Part shown: piece after piece, positions 37,601-50,350 of the stretch
Layout: each line of letters begins with the position of its first letter
Position numbering within the stretch: the stretch's first letter is position 1
DNA from: Harriotta raleighana
Lineage: Eukaryota
Assembly (NCBI GenBank): GCA_050575255.1
Contig: JBNZDD010013730.1
Coordinates: 6,044,543 to 6,108,542, forward strand
Direction: 5' to 3'
Length of the DNA: 64,000 nt
Translations under genes and position numbers: made by a program
The notes under the pieces: model-generated
Told to the model about the DNA's origin: nothing
Database searches by the model: none
What the model saw: the letters and a program-made list of their open reading frames with translations, nothing else

Positions 37601-40600
37601 GTTATGCACCATAATGCATTATGGAAAGGCAAGATTGAGATTGAATCTGAGATTCGTAGGCTTGCCTTTCCATAATGCATGGAAATGCCAGGAAATGCGA
37701 GTTTCATTTTGATATTTTTCCAGCCTTCTTACATTGCTCTCTTACAGCTTCATCATGCTACAGAATGCTAAACCATAATTCCAAATGTATTCATACTAGG
37801 TTTCACCTGGCACAATATAATGCTCTGCAGGTATCTCAATACTCCAAACAGTCAAATGGGATATAGCACATTGAGACACGGCACAAAAAAAGTGTTAGCC
37901 TGCTTTCTTGGTAATACTTCATACCATCATTAATCAGTTCAAATGTTTTTAAATGACCTGGTGCCAAAAAACATAGACCATTAATCCTACTGAACCTTGT
38001 TGAATGTTTTTCTGCTGAGAAAGTGTCATTTGTTATCCAAGCGCACAGTACAGCTGTTTTATGTTTGTGTCAAGTGTCTAGTTCTATCCTCAGAACACAA
38101 TTAAGAACCTCATAGTCAGTTTTCTCCAAAATGCTGTAGATTCCTACAAAATCCAAACACTCAACACCAATATTTTCTCATGGATTAACATGCTAATGGT
38201 TCTGTTTTTGTGCGATAAGAGAGATTTTTAAAACCTTTATCTGTTCATTCGGTTGGATACTGCAAACAGTCTTTCATCCCTTATAACATGGATTTATGTT
38301 GCAATTATGTTTGATTGAAATGTCTACGAAATTATTCTGGTGTGGTATGAATTTCAGCTAACCTCAATTTCTATAAAATACCCTAGTTGCATACTGTTAT
38401 TCTATTCAACCACAACTCCTCTTAGGTAAAGAATAACCACTTATTTGGACAATTTTACTATATTATTCCACAATTTATAGGGGACTGAAAAAGCAACAGA
38501 ATGTCACATTCTAATTTGTTCAACATGCTGGATTCTTCAAGGGCTGGAAACCTTTGTCATCCCTTACTAAATGAGATTCCAGGTTGCTGAATTTGAGACA
38601 TTTAGAAGACGTGATAAAGCGCTATATTAAATGCAAGGATTATTAATGTTCCTAAAAAGGTACGTTTTATTGTTGATGTAAACCTTGGTGTTCTTCTTTT
38701 CAATTAATGAATGACTGCACATTAACAAGAGGAAAATTCTTGTTTAATCTATTTAGGATAATATTCCTCAATAAAAGTGAAATAGGAAACCTGACATCCA
38801 ACAATTAATAGGCTACTTAAACCTGTCTATTAACAGAATACTGTACTTCACTTGCTGGTGTATGTGTCTTAGAGGGGATGACTTTCTGGATGTTGATAAC
38901 GTTCGCAATTCCAATGACATGAAATACACTCATGCATCAAGTCATTGGGGATAAAGAGCTTTCTCATTCCAAGCATCTGCTGGAAGATTTTGTTGACACT
39001 GTCCTAAACAAAATGATCACCTGCATTCAAGCAGTGACTAATTATGTTTCCAATGAGGTAGTAGTCTCAGCCATTCCACAGATGTGCAAAGCAACAGGTG
39101 AAGAGACAGGGACAATTCTATGCTTTCTCTGAAGTGTTAGACTGATCACATAAGGGGATAAAGTGTTCACAGTCAATTCCACAGGCTACTATGTCTTATA
39201 TTCAGTTAATTATCCAGGTGTGCAACATACAAATAAGTGAATGTACAGAACATAGAATCAACACTGAACTACTGCAGTTGTCTGGCTCAGACATCCAAAC
39301 CCAATGGTTGGTGTAGTTGCAGGCTTTGGTTGGAAAATGTGATTTCCTTCCCAAATCTGTAGACTCCATGATACAACATACATAAATATAAAGCTCAGTT
39401 ATTGAGAATATCATTTGTCCTTGAGCAATGACACCCATGGGTTTAGGCCTTCAGCCAGCACAGGATGACAATAGGATGACAGTGTTTCAACCTCCTTCAG
39501 TAAAGATGATTTCCAGCATTGGGTCAAGAAATTTCAAATCAATGTTTGTCTGATACTGGGCACAATTAGCAGAAATATATTTAATGCTTTACGTTTGACT
39601 TACACCATCTGCATCAGAATGCTGCATCTCAGTACCCTGGTGAGCAAATTTGCTGAGCATATGTAACTAAGCAAATTTGTACAATTATCTGTGCTTCAAT
39701 CTCTTACCTCCCCTACAATGCACAGTGAGTCATTGTTCTTTACATAGCTCAGGGATGTTACTAGTCCAAATTATTTGAATCCCCAAATGCCTACGATTGC
39801 AGGATCAGCTTCAAGTGCTTCACTTTATGAGAGTCTGAGAAACCTTTTCCAACACATTGCAGTAGATTTTCAGGCTTTCTGAACATGGAAAATAATAGTT
39901 AAGTTAAAATGAAAAAAGGGATCCAATAATGATGCAAAAAAACTTTGCATTTTTATTGAAAAGTTCTTCAATAAAATATTATTTTGCTTCACTTCATCTC
40001 GGTCTTTCTTCCCCTTGAATGCTTTGAAACAGGCAATAATTTCAAATTAAAGTGGAATAAATGTTCTGCAAGATGGTCCTTCGTTCTGTTATTTTAGAAG
40101 TTTCTGACATGTGTAGTATACTTTCATTATCTGCGCTGTCATTTCCATGATGTATCCAATGTAGAAGATCGCATGTAACTCACAGATTGCAATCTGTGGT
40201 AAAAAAAATGTTTGGAATAAAGTTTCCATTTATGCCATATTTGGTATGTTTGGTTTCTTTGACTAATATGATGCAACTTTTGTTGGTGCTTTGGGAGGGA
40301 ACAAAAGCCCACATCACTTTAAAAAGACTGAAATCCTTTTGATGTTGTATCAAGGTGAATTTTAATGATTCTCTACGGTTGTGTAAATCACAGCAGAATC
40401 CATAAGTTGGAGAAAGCAGAAGTTATGCATTCCCAGAGCTCTCCCAAAACCCTGGCACCACGGTTGAGAGCAGGTAACAGAAATGCTGCTCCACATCATG
40501 AATCACTTCTGCCAGAAGCAATGCCAATCACTTCCATCAACATAAACCAAGAATTAGACATCCTGTATTCACTAAAACTAGCATTGCTGACACCAGCTGT

Positions 40601-43149
40601 TTACTATGCAGAAATATCTATACTGTACTGGGGATTTCTGACTCCGGTGACTGCAGCTATTTTCTCCAATCATAAAATCCAACACAATTAAATTGCTCAA
40701 TGTTATGGATTATAAATGTTCTTGCAATAATGTGAAATAATAGAGCATATTCCTTAAATTATTTAGTTGAATCATGTTCTCTGATGTGCTGATTCTCCAA
40801 CAAATGCCTGAAACGTGTAATTCAGCAGAGATCATCTTCCCTTTACAGTAATTGGTCATTTGACCACTGCCAGGCTACATTGATAAATATTGCAAAAAAT
40901 AATGCATCCAACAATCACTGACAATTAGCAAAACATCCCAAAGAAGAGGTCTAAAAAGGAGCAAAAATAGTTTGAGCTAATGACGTTAACCAATTTTGAA
41001 ATTTCTCCACATAATATTCTTGCTATTAATGCTAGTTACTTTGACAAGTATCAGACCTTGGTAGTGATACAAATTTTAACTCAGGATTGGAAAGTCTTGG
41101 AAAAAAAAATCTCCCCACCACATTCTGAATGTAATAAGTGCTAGAAGGCTAATACAAGAGGTGAAATGAATATTCTGTGCCTATAAAAACTAATGTGGAT
41201 AGAACGCTAACTAGGCTGAGGACAGAATTGATTGGGCTTTGAAAATGTTAAATGTGATACAGTAAAATCTATTAACAACCAACTCTTTACAGTGATCACT
41301 CGAAATTAGCCTCAACAAAATTAATAATACATGAATCAGCCCACATTAGGAGACTCTCTAAACACTGTTGCAGTCAAGGTTAACACTAATGACAATCAGA
41401 GGAAAGAGAAGAGATAGTTTCTAGAGTTACATAGCTACAACACAATCAAGCAGATCACATAATACCACAGACTGTAGTTGTAAAACTCAACCAATTTATT
41501 GGCACTAAAATTGTATTATAGCCTCGAATTCCATCTTAATTCTTTTTTGAACTGTATAACAATCTTACTTGTGTAAATTTAAAACATGTAGTCAAATAGC
41601 ACAAAATAATAAACAATGAAACTCAGTGATCTATAGCTCTAAATTTTCTGCATGAGTGTATTGTTTTGGTAGGATCCTGAATGCATCGCTGAACAAGGGT
41701 TATAAAAAGGGCTGCATTACCTGGGACCAAAGCAATTGCAATTTTACAACAATGCTTAATGCTACATTTATTAAATTAAAACCAATCCTTTGTATAATGA
41801 GGAATATGAAATTACAAACTATATATTCTGTGGGTAGCTTTATCCTATAATGCATGTATAGGGATGTGTGAGTGTGTGGGGGATGGTTGAAAAGCATATC
41901 CAGGTCCAGTTACTTTAAAATTCTGTGAATAAATCTAAGTTGCAAATATTACTTTAAAAAATAGAAAATTTATGAATATTTTGCGTCCCTTAAATGTTTT
42001 GCAATTTTTTTTAAAAAAAGCAAATCTGGAATGAAATTAATGAAAAAAAGCAGATATTTTTAATTTTTATTTGATTCAGTACTACTTTTAAAAACAGTTC
42101 AACACTTATCAGCATGAAAGGAATTGATCCCTTTTCACAGTCTGGTTGTAAGTAATTTTGTGCCATTTTTGTTTATTTTTTTGACAATCTAGGTACAAGA
42201 ATATAGAAGTCAATATTTCTTCCAATCACTGTCCAAGGTTACAAGTAGTGACTGACATACATACAGGAAAAATAGAGCAGTAAAACAGCTGTGATGTTGA
42301 ATTTTGACAAGCTGACTTTCCATTGAGTTTGGAAAGCAACGATGGTCAAACACATTTGCTATATCAAAACCAGATTTTAACCCATTTACACTCATCACAG
42401 CAGCAACATTTGAGGGAGATTTAGCACTCTATGAAAGCAGCAGAAATTCTACCATGTTTCCAGTAGATTTACCAGATGTTGGTAGCCAAGACTTTTGTTG
42501 ACACTTGAATATGCTTAAGCATGGCAATGGGAATCTACCAAACAAAAAGTAAACACACAATATAATTTAAATATTTATTCTCAAGAGAACAGCAGCAAGC
42601 AAACTATAAAAAAGACTGACTATTCCACCTAAGTATAATCTTCCACACAACGTGTGAATAGAACTACGAAAGGTAAAGAACTGGAAATCAATCACACATT
42701 AGATTCTAGCAGTGTAACATTCAAGCATTCTATACAAATAGCACAATCTTATGACTATCTTCAGGCAATTTCAGGACAGATTCCACAAAGTGTATCCAGT
42801 GCCTATGGTTCAGATACTCTTAAACATGCTGATGTGTTTCCATACATGTGAGAGACATCGGACTGATCTAAAAAAAATTGCTACTGTACTGTGACAAAAA
42901 AATTCATAGCCATATTCTCAAACCTTGGAAGCAATGTGGTGGGGTCACTGCAAAAGATAGTGAAAAAAATTAAAAGAATTTTTTTTCAAAGTAACCTGGA
43001 TGCTGTGTATAGAGCACAAGAATTGGGAAAGGGTGGGTGGGGATAATTTGGTTAGAGGCAGAAAAGTGTTCAAAGACCAGTTATATGAAACGATTTGCCT
43101 CGTTGGTATGTTGGCCTTACCGATGGTACATTGGTGTGATGAATCCTGA

Positions 43150-43300
43150 AGAGAGGATTTCTAGTGCGAGTGAAAATAATCTTAACATGTTTGATTATAT
43201 TAGTAATGAAAGACAAAGAATTGGAGATCAATCACATAGGCTACTATACAAAGTAAAGGCCACAGGGAAAAGGATTGGATTGTGGAAGATGAAAATCTCT
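43150..43300 (+). mobile_element. Fossil CR1 RT fragment
   Basis: SASENNLNMFDYIS...QSHRLLYKVKATG resembles the CR1 motifs SCLTNLIEFFDEVT and PHxRLLxKLKAHG. Confidence 0.45.
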
Positions 43301-43324
43301 TAAAGGGAAAAAAATGTCCCCTGT

Positions 43325-43614
43325 TGTTTCTTTATTTGACTCCCTGCTTGAGATAACTTGCATTTAACAAATGAGGAAATATAAAAGGAAATAAAACCAT
43401 ATTTTAAAAAAAATACTCCACTGATCTAGGCACTGGATATCTCAATATATGATTCATGTTTTGGGGGGGNTGTTTCTTTATTTGACTCCCTGCTTGAGAT
43501 AACTTGCATTTAACAAATGAGGAAATATAAAAGGAAATAAAACCATATTTTTAAAAAAATACTCCACTGATCTAGGCACTGGATATCTCAATACATGATT
43601 CATGTTTTGGGGGG
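43325..43614. repeat. About 145-bp direct duplication across single N (43470); probable assembly overlap
   Basis: 43325-43469 matches 43471-43614 with one substitution and a G-run length difference. Confidence 0.9.
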
Positions 43615-44186
43615 AAAATAAATGTGTAACTCAGTTGAGAATATCCAGTTCAATACTAAAAATGCCACGTACATATATTCTTCCTCCAGCTTCAGCATAG
43701 GAATTACATCCATGGCATTGCAGAACAGCAAGGATGACGGAGAACATCAATCATTAGTTCTTAATGTACACAAGATTCTCTCAACTCCCAAATCCCCAAC
43801 TGCTATGATCTTCCAATGCATCCATAATACCTCACATCGCAAAACACACTTCATAAGCGAATACAGCATAAGCGAAGAAAATACATTGGAAATAGGTTAT
43901 TTAAATAGGACTATTTAAAATGGACTGGAAGAGATGAGAGAATATCTTATTGTAGTATTTTTATAACAGTAATACTCCTTGCATTTGATATAACACCATA
44001 TGATATCATTGAGACATATCAAAGTGCTTTACAGGAGAATGTAACGGCCATATTGTCACCATGAGTTGTTTTCTATATCTTCATCCACCAGTTCTGTGGT
44101 ATATTCCTAGCACATGATGCACTTTTGTTAAGTATATGAACAATTAATTGCTTGAGAGAATTTGAATTATTTTCTCCCTTCCTCCT

Positions 44187-44258
44187 CAACAACAACAACA
44201 ACAACAAAATTACATTTATAGAGCGCGTTTCACGTCAGGAGGACGTCCCAAGGCGCTG
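44187..44258 (-). mobile_element. Young L2 3' hairpin-only insertion
   Basis: 72 nt matching 33092-33163 with a single mismatch. Confidence 0.92.
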
Positions 44259-45597
44259 AGATTCCTGGGGGTGCAGTAAACCACGGGGCATTGATACTTC
44301 AATCACGTGGCTATCCCTGATGTGTGAGACCTGACAATGGGAACAATACACCTGCAATTGTTGCAAAACAAGAGATATTTTCTCATGAAGTACCAACATT
44401 TACTGCCCTCTTCACGCTGCATTCTACATTTATTCAAAAAGGAATCATTTTGCTGTGTACAGTACAGTATTTGGTTTAAAATCTACATCAGCTTGCGTTG
44501 ATATATTCCGCTTGAATAGTCCTCCCAGTAGTTTACTTTTCATGACAAGCTCACAGTTTTCAAAAAGGTGTTGTATAACGTTGTGTATTTCACGTATGGT
44601 GGGACGGTTTAAGTTTATGTCGTGCAGTTTTGTTTAGTGGCAATTAGTGATAGCGAAATCTGCTTACGTAGTGAAAGCTGAATTGTGTGAGCTGTCTATT
44701 ACATTAGCCAAAGATTGATTGATGTATTCATAAAAAGATAGTGCAAAACAAATAACAGAGGACCTCAGATCCAGATACATGTGACCTTTCACTGAGAAAA
44801 ATAAGCAATTTTAATTGTACAGGGATGATCAAGCCAGAGTAATGTTGGAAGAAGAATTCCTTTGTGGACCACATTTTGGCGTTAATTTATGCTTAACTGT
44901 AACATTCCAATATGATGAAGAAAAACCTTAATGAGATTATTATTTCCTGGGCTGCATGCAGGTCCTGTATATTATTTCCCATATAAGATATGCAATTATG
45001 TCCCTCAGATAATACAGTATTTTGATTTCAAATTAAATTCAGTAACAAATATTTTTTTTTTTAAAACACACAGTTACGTCCCTAAAGCACATTCAAATAT
45101 TATGCATCTAATCTCCCCAGACATAAACGCCATGTCTGACAAGACCAAACAGTCCACAGATCACATATTTATCGGAGCAAACTGCATAAAGCAAGATCGC
45201 CTGAGCAGTTTGTATAAACATGGTGATATTCTACACAGAGATGGCTGGGAAGCTCGCTTGAAAATGACAACAGGAAAGTAAATTTACCATTAAAAAAACC
45301 TGGATGCACTCAAATTGCGACTACTTTTTTTTCCAATACATGATAAACAAAAATAATCTAGATTTCATAACAGAGCAACGGTTTTATATATTTCAATTGC
45401 CATAATGATGGATAAATGAATTTCCAGCCTGCTGTATTTGTGAGTCCCAGTTGTACTTCTTCCATTCTTCAGCCCTCAGGCTGTGGCACAATGATCTAAT
45501 GGTACTTTTAGCCCTCAGATACCATTGCACTTGGCTTTATGTCTGCCTTTTAACATTGAAAAAAAAACATATGCAAGAAAGCATCCAATTTTTTTTC

Positions 45598-45730
45598 ATT
45601 TGAAGGACAAAAGCAAATTTGCAAGGATATGGGGAAAGAGTGGAGTGGTGGGACTGATTTGATAGCTCTTCCAAAGAGCCGATACAGGGATAATGAGCAA
45701 AATTCTGTGCTGTAATACTCTATGATTCAA
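45598..45730 (+). mobile_element. CR1 LINE 3' end
   Basis: TTTGCAAGGATATGGGGAAAGAG...GATAGCTCTTCCAAAGAGCC...TTCTGTGCTGTAATACTCTATGATTC; the ATTCTRTG-type terminal repeat is characteristic of CR1. Confidence 0.65.
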
Positions 45731-47995
45731 GGAATGTAGATGTTTGGAAGATTTGAATTCATGTACATTATTCTTGAAAAAATATACAACTTCTGAAAAC
45801 ATGCAAAAAATGCAGATACACATTTGCAAATAGCTGTGACATTATGCAATGACCAATACAGTATATATATATTTAAAATCTAATAGCCAAATTGCTCAGG
45901 GTTCTGGAAAGAGATGTCCTTAAGAGAAATATACTAAATGAAAATTTTTGGATTTCAACCTCATTTCCTCAAAGGCACACCATGAAGTGTTCATTGCCTC
46001 AAAGTCTAAAAAGGCCTGTATTTGCACAACCAACTTTCTCTCGTGCACTGTACGGAAACAAAACTTTCTATTCCATTGCAAGAAATGAACTCATTAAGCA
46101 CAGAGGCAAGAGTTTCCCCACCTAAAAGGGGCAGCAAAATATTTTGCCCATCTTTTTCTAAGAAAAAAAATTGTGCCAACACACATTAATTGACAACAGA
46201 GTATTCTGCGCTGAAATATATAGGGAGACCTGAAGTTAGATGATGAATCAGAAATCTTGGAAAACAAGTCAAAATTCTCAACCAAGAAAACATCAATAAT
46301 GTAGATTCTGAAAGATCCAACTCCAAAGTGGTGAAACGTCAGAGAAACAGAACTGAAAAACCTTCAACATTTCAAACAGTAAATGTAGAAGTATTAATTA
46401 GGCTCTGTCCTGTGAAATTCATAAACTTGATTCGGAAGTGACATGGATGTGGGGTGGGTAGCATCTCAGCCACAAAATGCAGAGAAGTGGCTCTATCTAA
46501 GGTTAACACAGATAACGTACTGTTTGAATAGAAAAGGATTTTTAATTTCAGGAGAAATGTACCCAACACAGATAAAATCTTTCAGTTGCACTTAATGAAT
46601 GGGAATAAAACAAAAATAGTAATAATTCTTACATTTGATATAGCACCTTTCACGGTTGGAAGATGTTTCAAAATGCTTCACATTTACTGTAGTTTAGTGA
46701 CTGCGTACTTTGTAGGCAAACACAAAAAATCTAATGGCCAAATTGTTCAGGGTTCTGGACAGAGATGTCCCTGTAAGACACAGTTTTGCCCTCAAAACAG
46801 CAATGGAGTGAATGGTCGGCAACCTCTTTTGGGGGATTTGTGCACCAGGACACTGGGAGAAACTCCACAGGAAAATCTACAGCTGTAATTGCATTATATA
46901 CATTATAAAGACTGTCCTTTGTGTTCAGTTTTATTCTATAAACCCCCAAACTTACAGGTGACTTTCAGTTTTCTGTTAGTCAAGAGGATAACATTGTCCC
47001 TACTTTTGACATGGGTTGAATTTTACCTCATTTCAAACCTCATTTTCAAAAACACTATACCTTGTTTATAATTTTGCTGTGTATTTTAGTTGATTTTAAT
47101 TAATACTGTATTTGGTACAGACAGCAATTACAGATGATATTAGTTAATCCAGTTTGTAGGAGTTACTGAGCCCATCAGATTCAGGGACTGGAATTCATGT
47201 GTGCACTTGAAAGAAGATTGCTGAAGTACCTTAAGTTAATGACCACATTTACTGATATAAATTCAGTTCCCTTGCACTCCCACTAAATGGATGCTAAAAG
47301 CTCACTGCACTTCTCTTTAGTGGTTTAATGTTTTTCTTAAAAAGAAGTACTGATCATGAAGCTTCCTCCTTAATCAAGTTCTAAATGATTTACTTGTGGT
47401 CTAAGTTTTAATTTGGCATATAGCACAAGCTAATGGACAACAAAGCGTGTACTATTAACCTCTGAGGGGGGTTTGGTCAAAGTGTCTCTTATCACTAGGC
47501 TAGCTCAGTTGGTTGCCAAACGCTCTTACATGAAAGAGAATGGAATTAGTTCTGTTATATTAATCAACTTTCATTCGCCTTTTACACTATAAAGTGCAGT
47601 GATTTCTCATTCATTATTTGCTCACAATAATGGCCTTCATGAAACCCATTATCTTTTGTTTGTTACGCGGACATGCCAATATCCCCATTGTCCACATTCA
47701 AGATTAACCAGATATGATATATTCAAATCCAATTTGGGGCTGCGACATGAAACAATTAAACATCGCAGAATCCTGCAAACAAGAATTGGGATGTCACCAA
47801 TTGCCTTCCTTTCTATGTGTATAACCTCAAAGATTTGAAAGTAAAATGGAAGTTGCAATAACAGACCTTCATCAGTTGTTGAAACTAAATAAATTTTCTG
47901 CACTACCATCAGAGGCGGTAGATAAACACAACAACAAACAATACCCTAATCTCAGTCACCTGTGAACTGCATTCCATAACTACACAGTCCACTTG

Positions 47996-48232
47996 TTTTT
48001 TTTATTTTTATTTATTTATATATTATATTTATATAGCGCCTTTCACGTCAGGAGGACGTCCCAAGGCGCTGTACAGTCAAGTGGGGGGAGGGGTCGGGGG
48101 AAGAAAAGCAGGAAAAACTGACTGTATATTTGTGGGCGAAACGCGGCAGCCAAATTGCGCACAGCAGTGTCCCACAAACAGCCATGGAAGCGAGGGGGCC
48201 AGGGATGAAAGAGGTGGATGGGAGAGATGAAT
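47996..48232 (-). mobile_element. Chimeric retroposon: SINE core joined to an L2-type 3' end with an A-rich tail
   Basis: 48118-48187 matches the SINE core, 48035-48080 matches the L2 hairpin and UTR, and the tail is (TAAA)/A-rich. Confidence 0.85.
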
Positions 48233-48472
48233 TTTGACGGTTCAGATCAAGCAGATGCGATATAGGAAATTCCAATTGTGTTGCACATACAACTAGTTCA
48301 TGGCACAACACAATGGTACACGGATAAAGTCATCCACCAAGCATGTGACAGGCAGCCCAGCTGTGCCAAATTTAGCTGAAAATTCAGAATGTAAAAGCAG
48401 CACTTGCTGTGGAATTAAAAAGTATTAAGATGTGGTTTCCAATCTCACCTCCAAGGACACCACTCTAATTAC

Positions 48473-48803
48473 AATAATACTAATCCTTGCATTTGATATG
48501 GAGCCTCATCACGTCGTTGAAATGTCTTAAAGCGCTTCACAGAATTTACTCTATAAAGTGGATTGACTGTATTTTGTGGGCGAAACGCGGCAGCCAATTG
48601 CACACAGCAGTGTTCCTTATTATGTATGTTTTTTGGGGAGGATTATTATCCCAGGAAACTGACTTGGCAATTGACAAACAACTGGGTTCCCACTTTACAG
48701 CAAGGTAAACAGAGACGTGTGGAGTAAGAAACTTGCTGAAGTGTTCACCCCAACCGAGTATTGAACCCAGGTCTTCTCGCTTGTGAGGTGTATGCTCTAA
48801 TCA
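48473..48803 (-). mobile_element. tRNA-derived SINE with an internal insertion of about 60 bp
   Basis: Tail, hairpin and core at 48473-48650, unrelated sequence at about 48651-48712, head (TTGAACCCAGGTCTTCTCGCTTGTGAGG..TGCTCTAA) at 48713-48803. Confidence 0.85.
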
Positions 48804-50049
48804 ATACACTCCCTCTGACTGCAGGACAAGCACGGGCAAAGGAGGAGACAGAAAAACCACCTGTTACTGTTAGCCAAGAAACTGAAGGGGCCACAACTTG
48901 TCCATACAGGTAGTAAAGTGTTTAACTGTGAACATGGGAGCATTTCAAATGCTCAGTCTGGCAGTGTCCGTGTTGGTGTCCTCTGCCCAATAAAATCACC
49001 TCACACCATAAACAGGACTGAGTGGAATGCAGATATACATAATGCTTCCGGAAGGAGGTCTGTAATGAGTGGATTAATCAGGCAATTCTGAAAATACATA
49101 CATTCTTTGATAAGATTGTAGTGGAACTGGAGGCCCGACTGCCTTATCAGATATCATACTTTAATACACATGTGATTATATTATTAGTTCTTTGTGTAAA
49201 TATATGTGAAAATAAAATGGAACTTTTAATTCAATAAAATGCAACTTGTTTTATAGGTGCCCTGTGGGGAAGCTGAATGAGAGATTTGCTTCACGCCTCT
49301 ATGGTTTAATTTGAGTCCCTGCAGAGGTGAATACTGTGTACACACAGTTTGACTGTCAAACAACTGGTGGGGATTCTGCACCTCAAAAGAACCTGACAGA
49401 AGTCCAGCTGACCTTTTCTGCCTTCACCTTGTCACAAAGCACTCAGATCTCTAGAGCAAGCTACTATTTCTCTTCGAATGCATCCAAAATCAATACAGGT
49501 TACGGTATTTATAATTCTAAAGAGCCAGTCAATTCCTGTTCACAAGCATTTAAATAAATCCCATATTCCAAATCTTTCCAGATGGTACAATTTGTTAATT
49601 AATAGATCTTTTTCAATCTGAGCTCCACCAACGCATTTGCAACAAACAGAATAAATGAAACTTTACAAAAGAAAACTCCCCAGGAAAGCAAACAGATTAT
49701 CCTGACCCAAAAATACTCCCGTATTATGATTCCGAAAGACTGATACTGTGCATACATCGCAGTGTAAACATACCATGTGTCCTCAGCCAGAACCAAATAC
49801 TGTACCGAGGTAGATACTTTCCCGAACGCTGGCAGCAACCTGAAGGCAGAAAGCAACAAATCATCCTGCTGACTCTGGCTACCACTCTTTTTTGGCTGTG
49901 ATGCCCTGTTCATATCGCTGGAATGCATTAACAGCAGGGAATGCTCTGCAACCAGAAAATAGTCTTAATTGTTTCTGCATGCTCAGTTACCACCTGTGCA
50001 CTAGACAGCCCACAACATTCCAGGGCAACTCAGAACATCAGTGGTCATA

Positions 50050-50350
50050 AACATTTTCTGTTCTGGTACATTGCCCGAGTGGATCATTCACAAGCCTAGA
50101 TTTGGCACTTCACCATCAAGAGGAATAGGTTATCGTTAGCAATGCCTGTCAGCAATTTTCCAGCAGGGATCATTGGAAAATGTTCACAAGCCTATTTGAA
50201 TCTCACCCCACTCACCAGCCGACTTGCAACTCTGCCCTTGGGGTTGTGTCAAAGCCAACTATAATGTATTAACTGAACCGCCGTTCAGATCAGTTAATTC
50301 AGCATAGGATCAAACTTGTGACTTTCTGCTCTGTATGTCTATTCTCAAGC
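50050..50350 (-). mobile_element. Putative old SINE-like repeat of a further family
   Basis: CCCGAGTGGATCATTCACAAG and TTTCCAGCAGGG recur in the same order at about 63699-63810; B-box-like GGATCAAAC lies near 50307. Confidence 0.45.

Noticed and set aside
40181-40198. Perfect 18-bp palindrome CACAGATTGCAATCTGTG
   Set aside because: A single palindrome of this length is not improbable in 64 kb and has no supporting context.
44460-44633. Minus-strand peptide RPTIREIHNVIQHLFE resembling a kinase C-lobe end
   Set aside because: In-frame stop directly upstream, no splice acceptor and no other kinase motifs.
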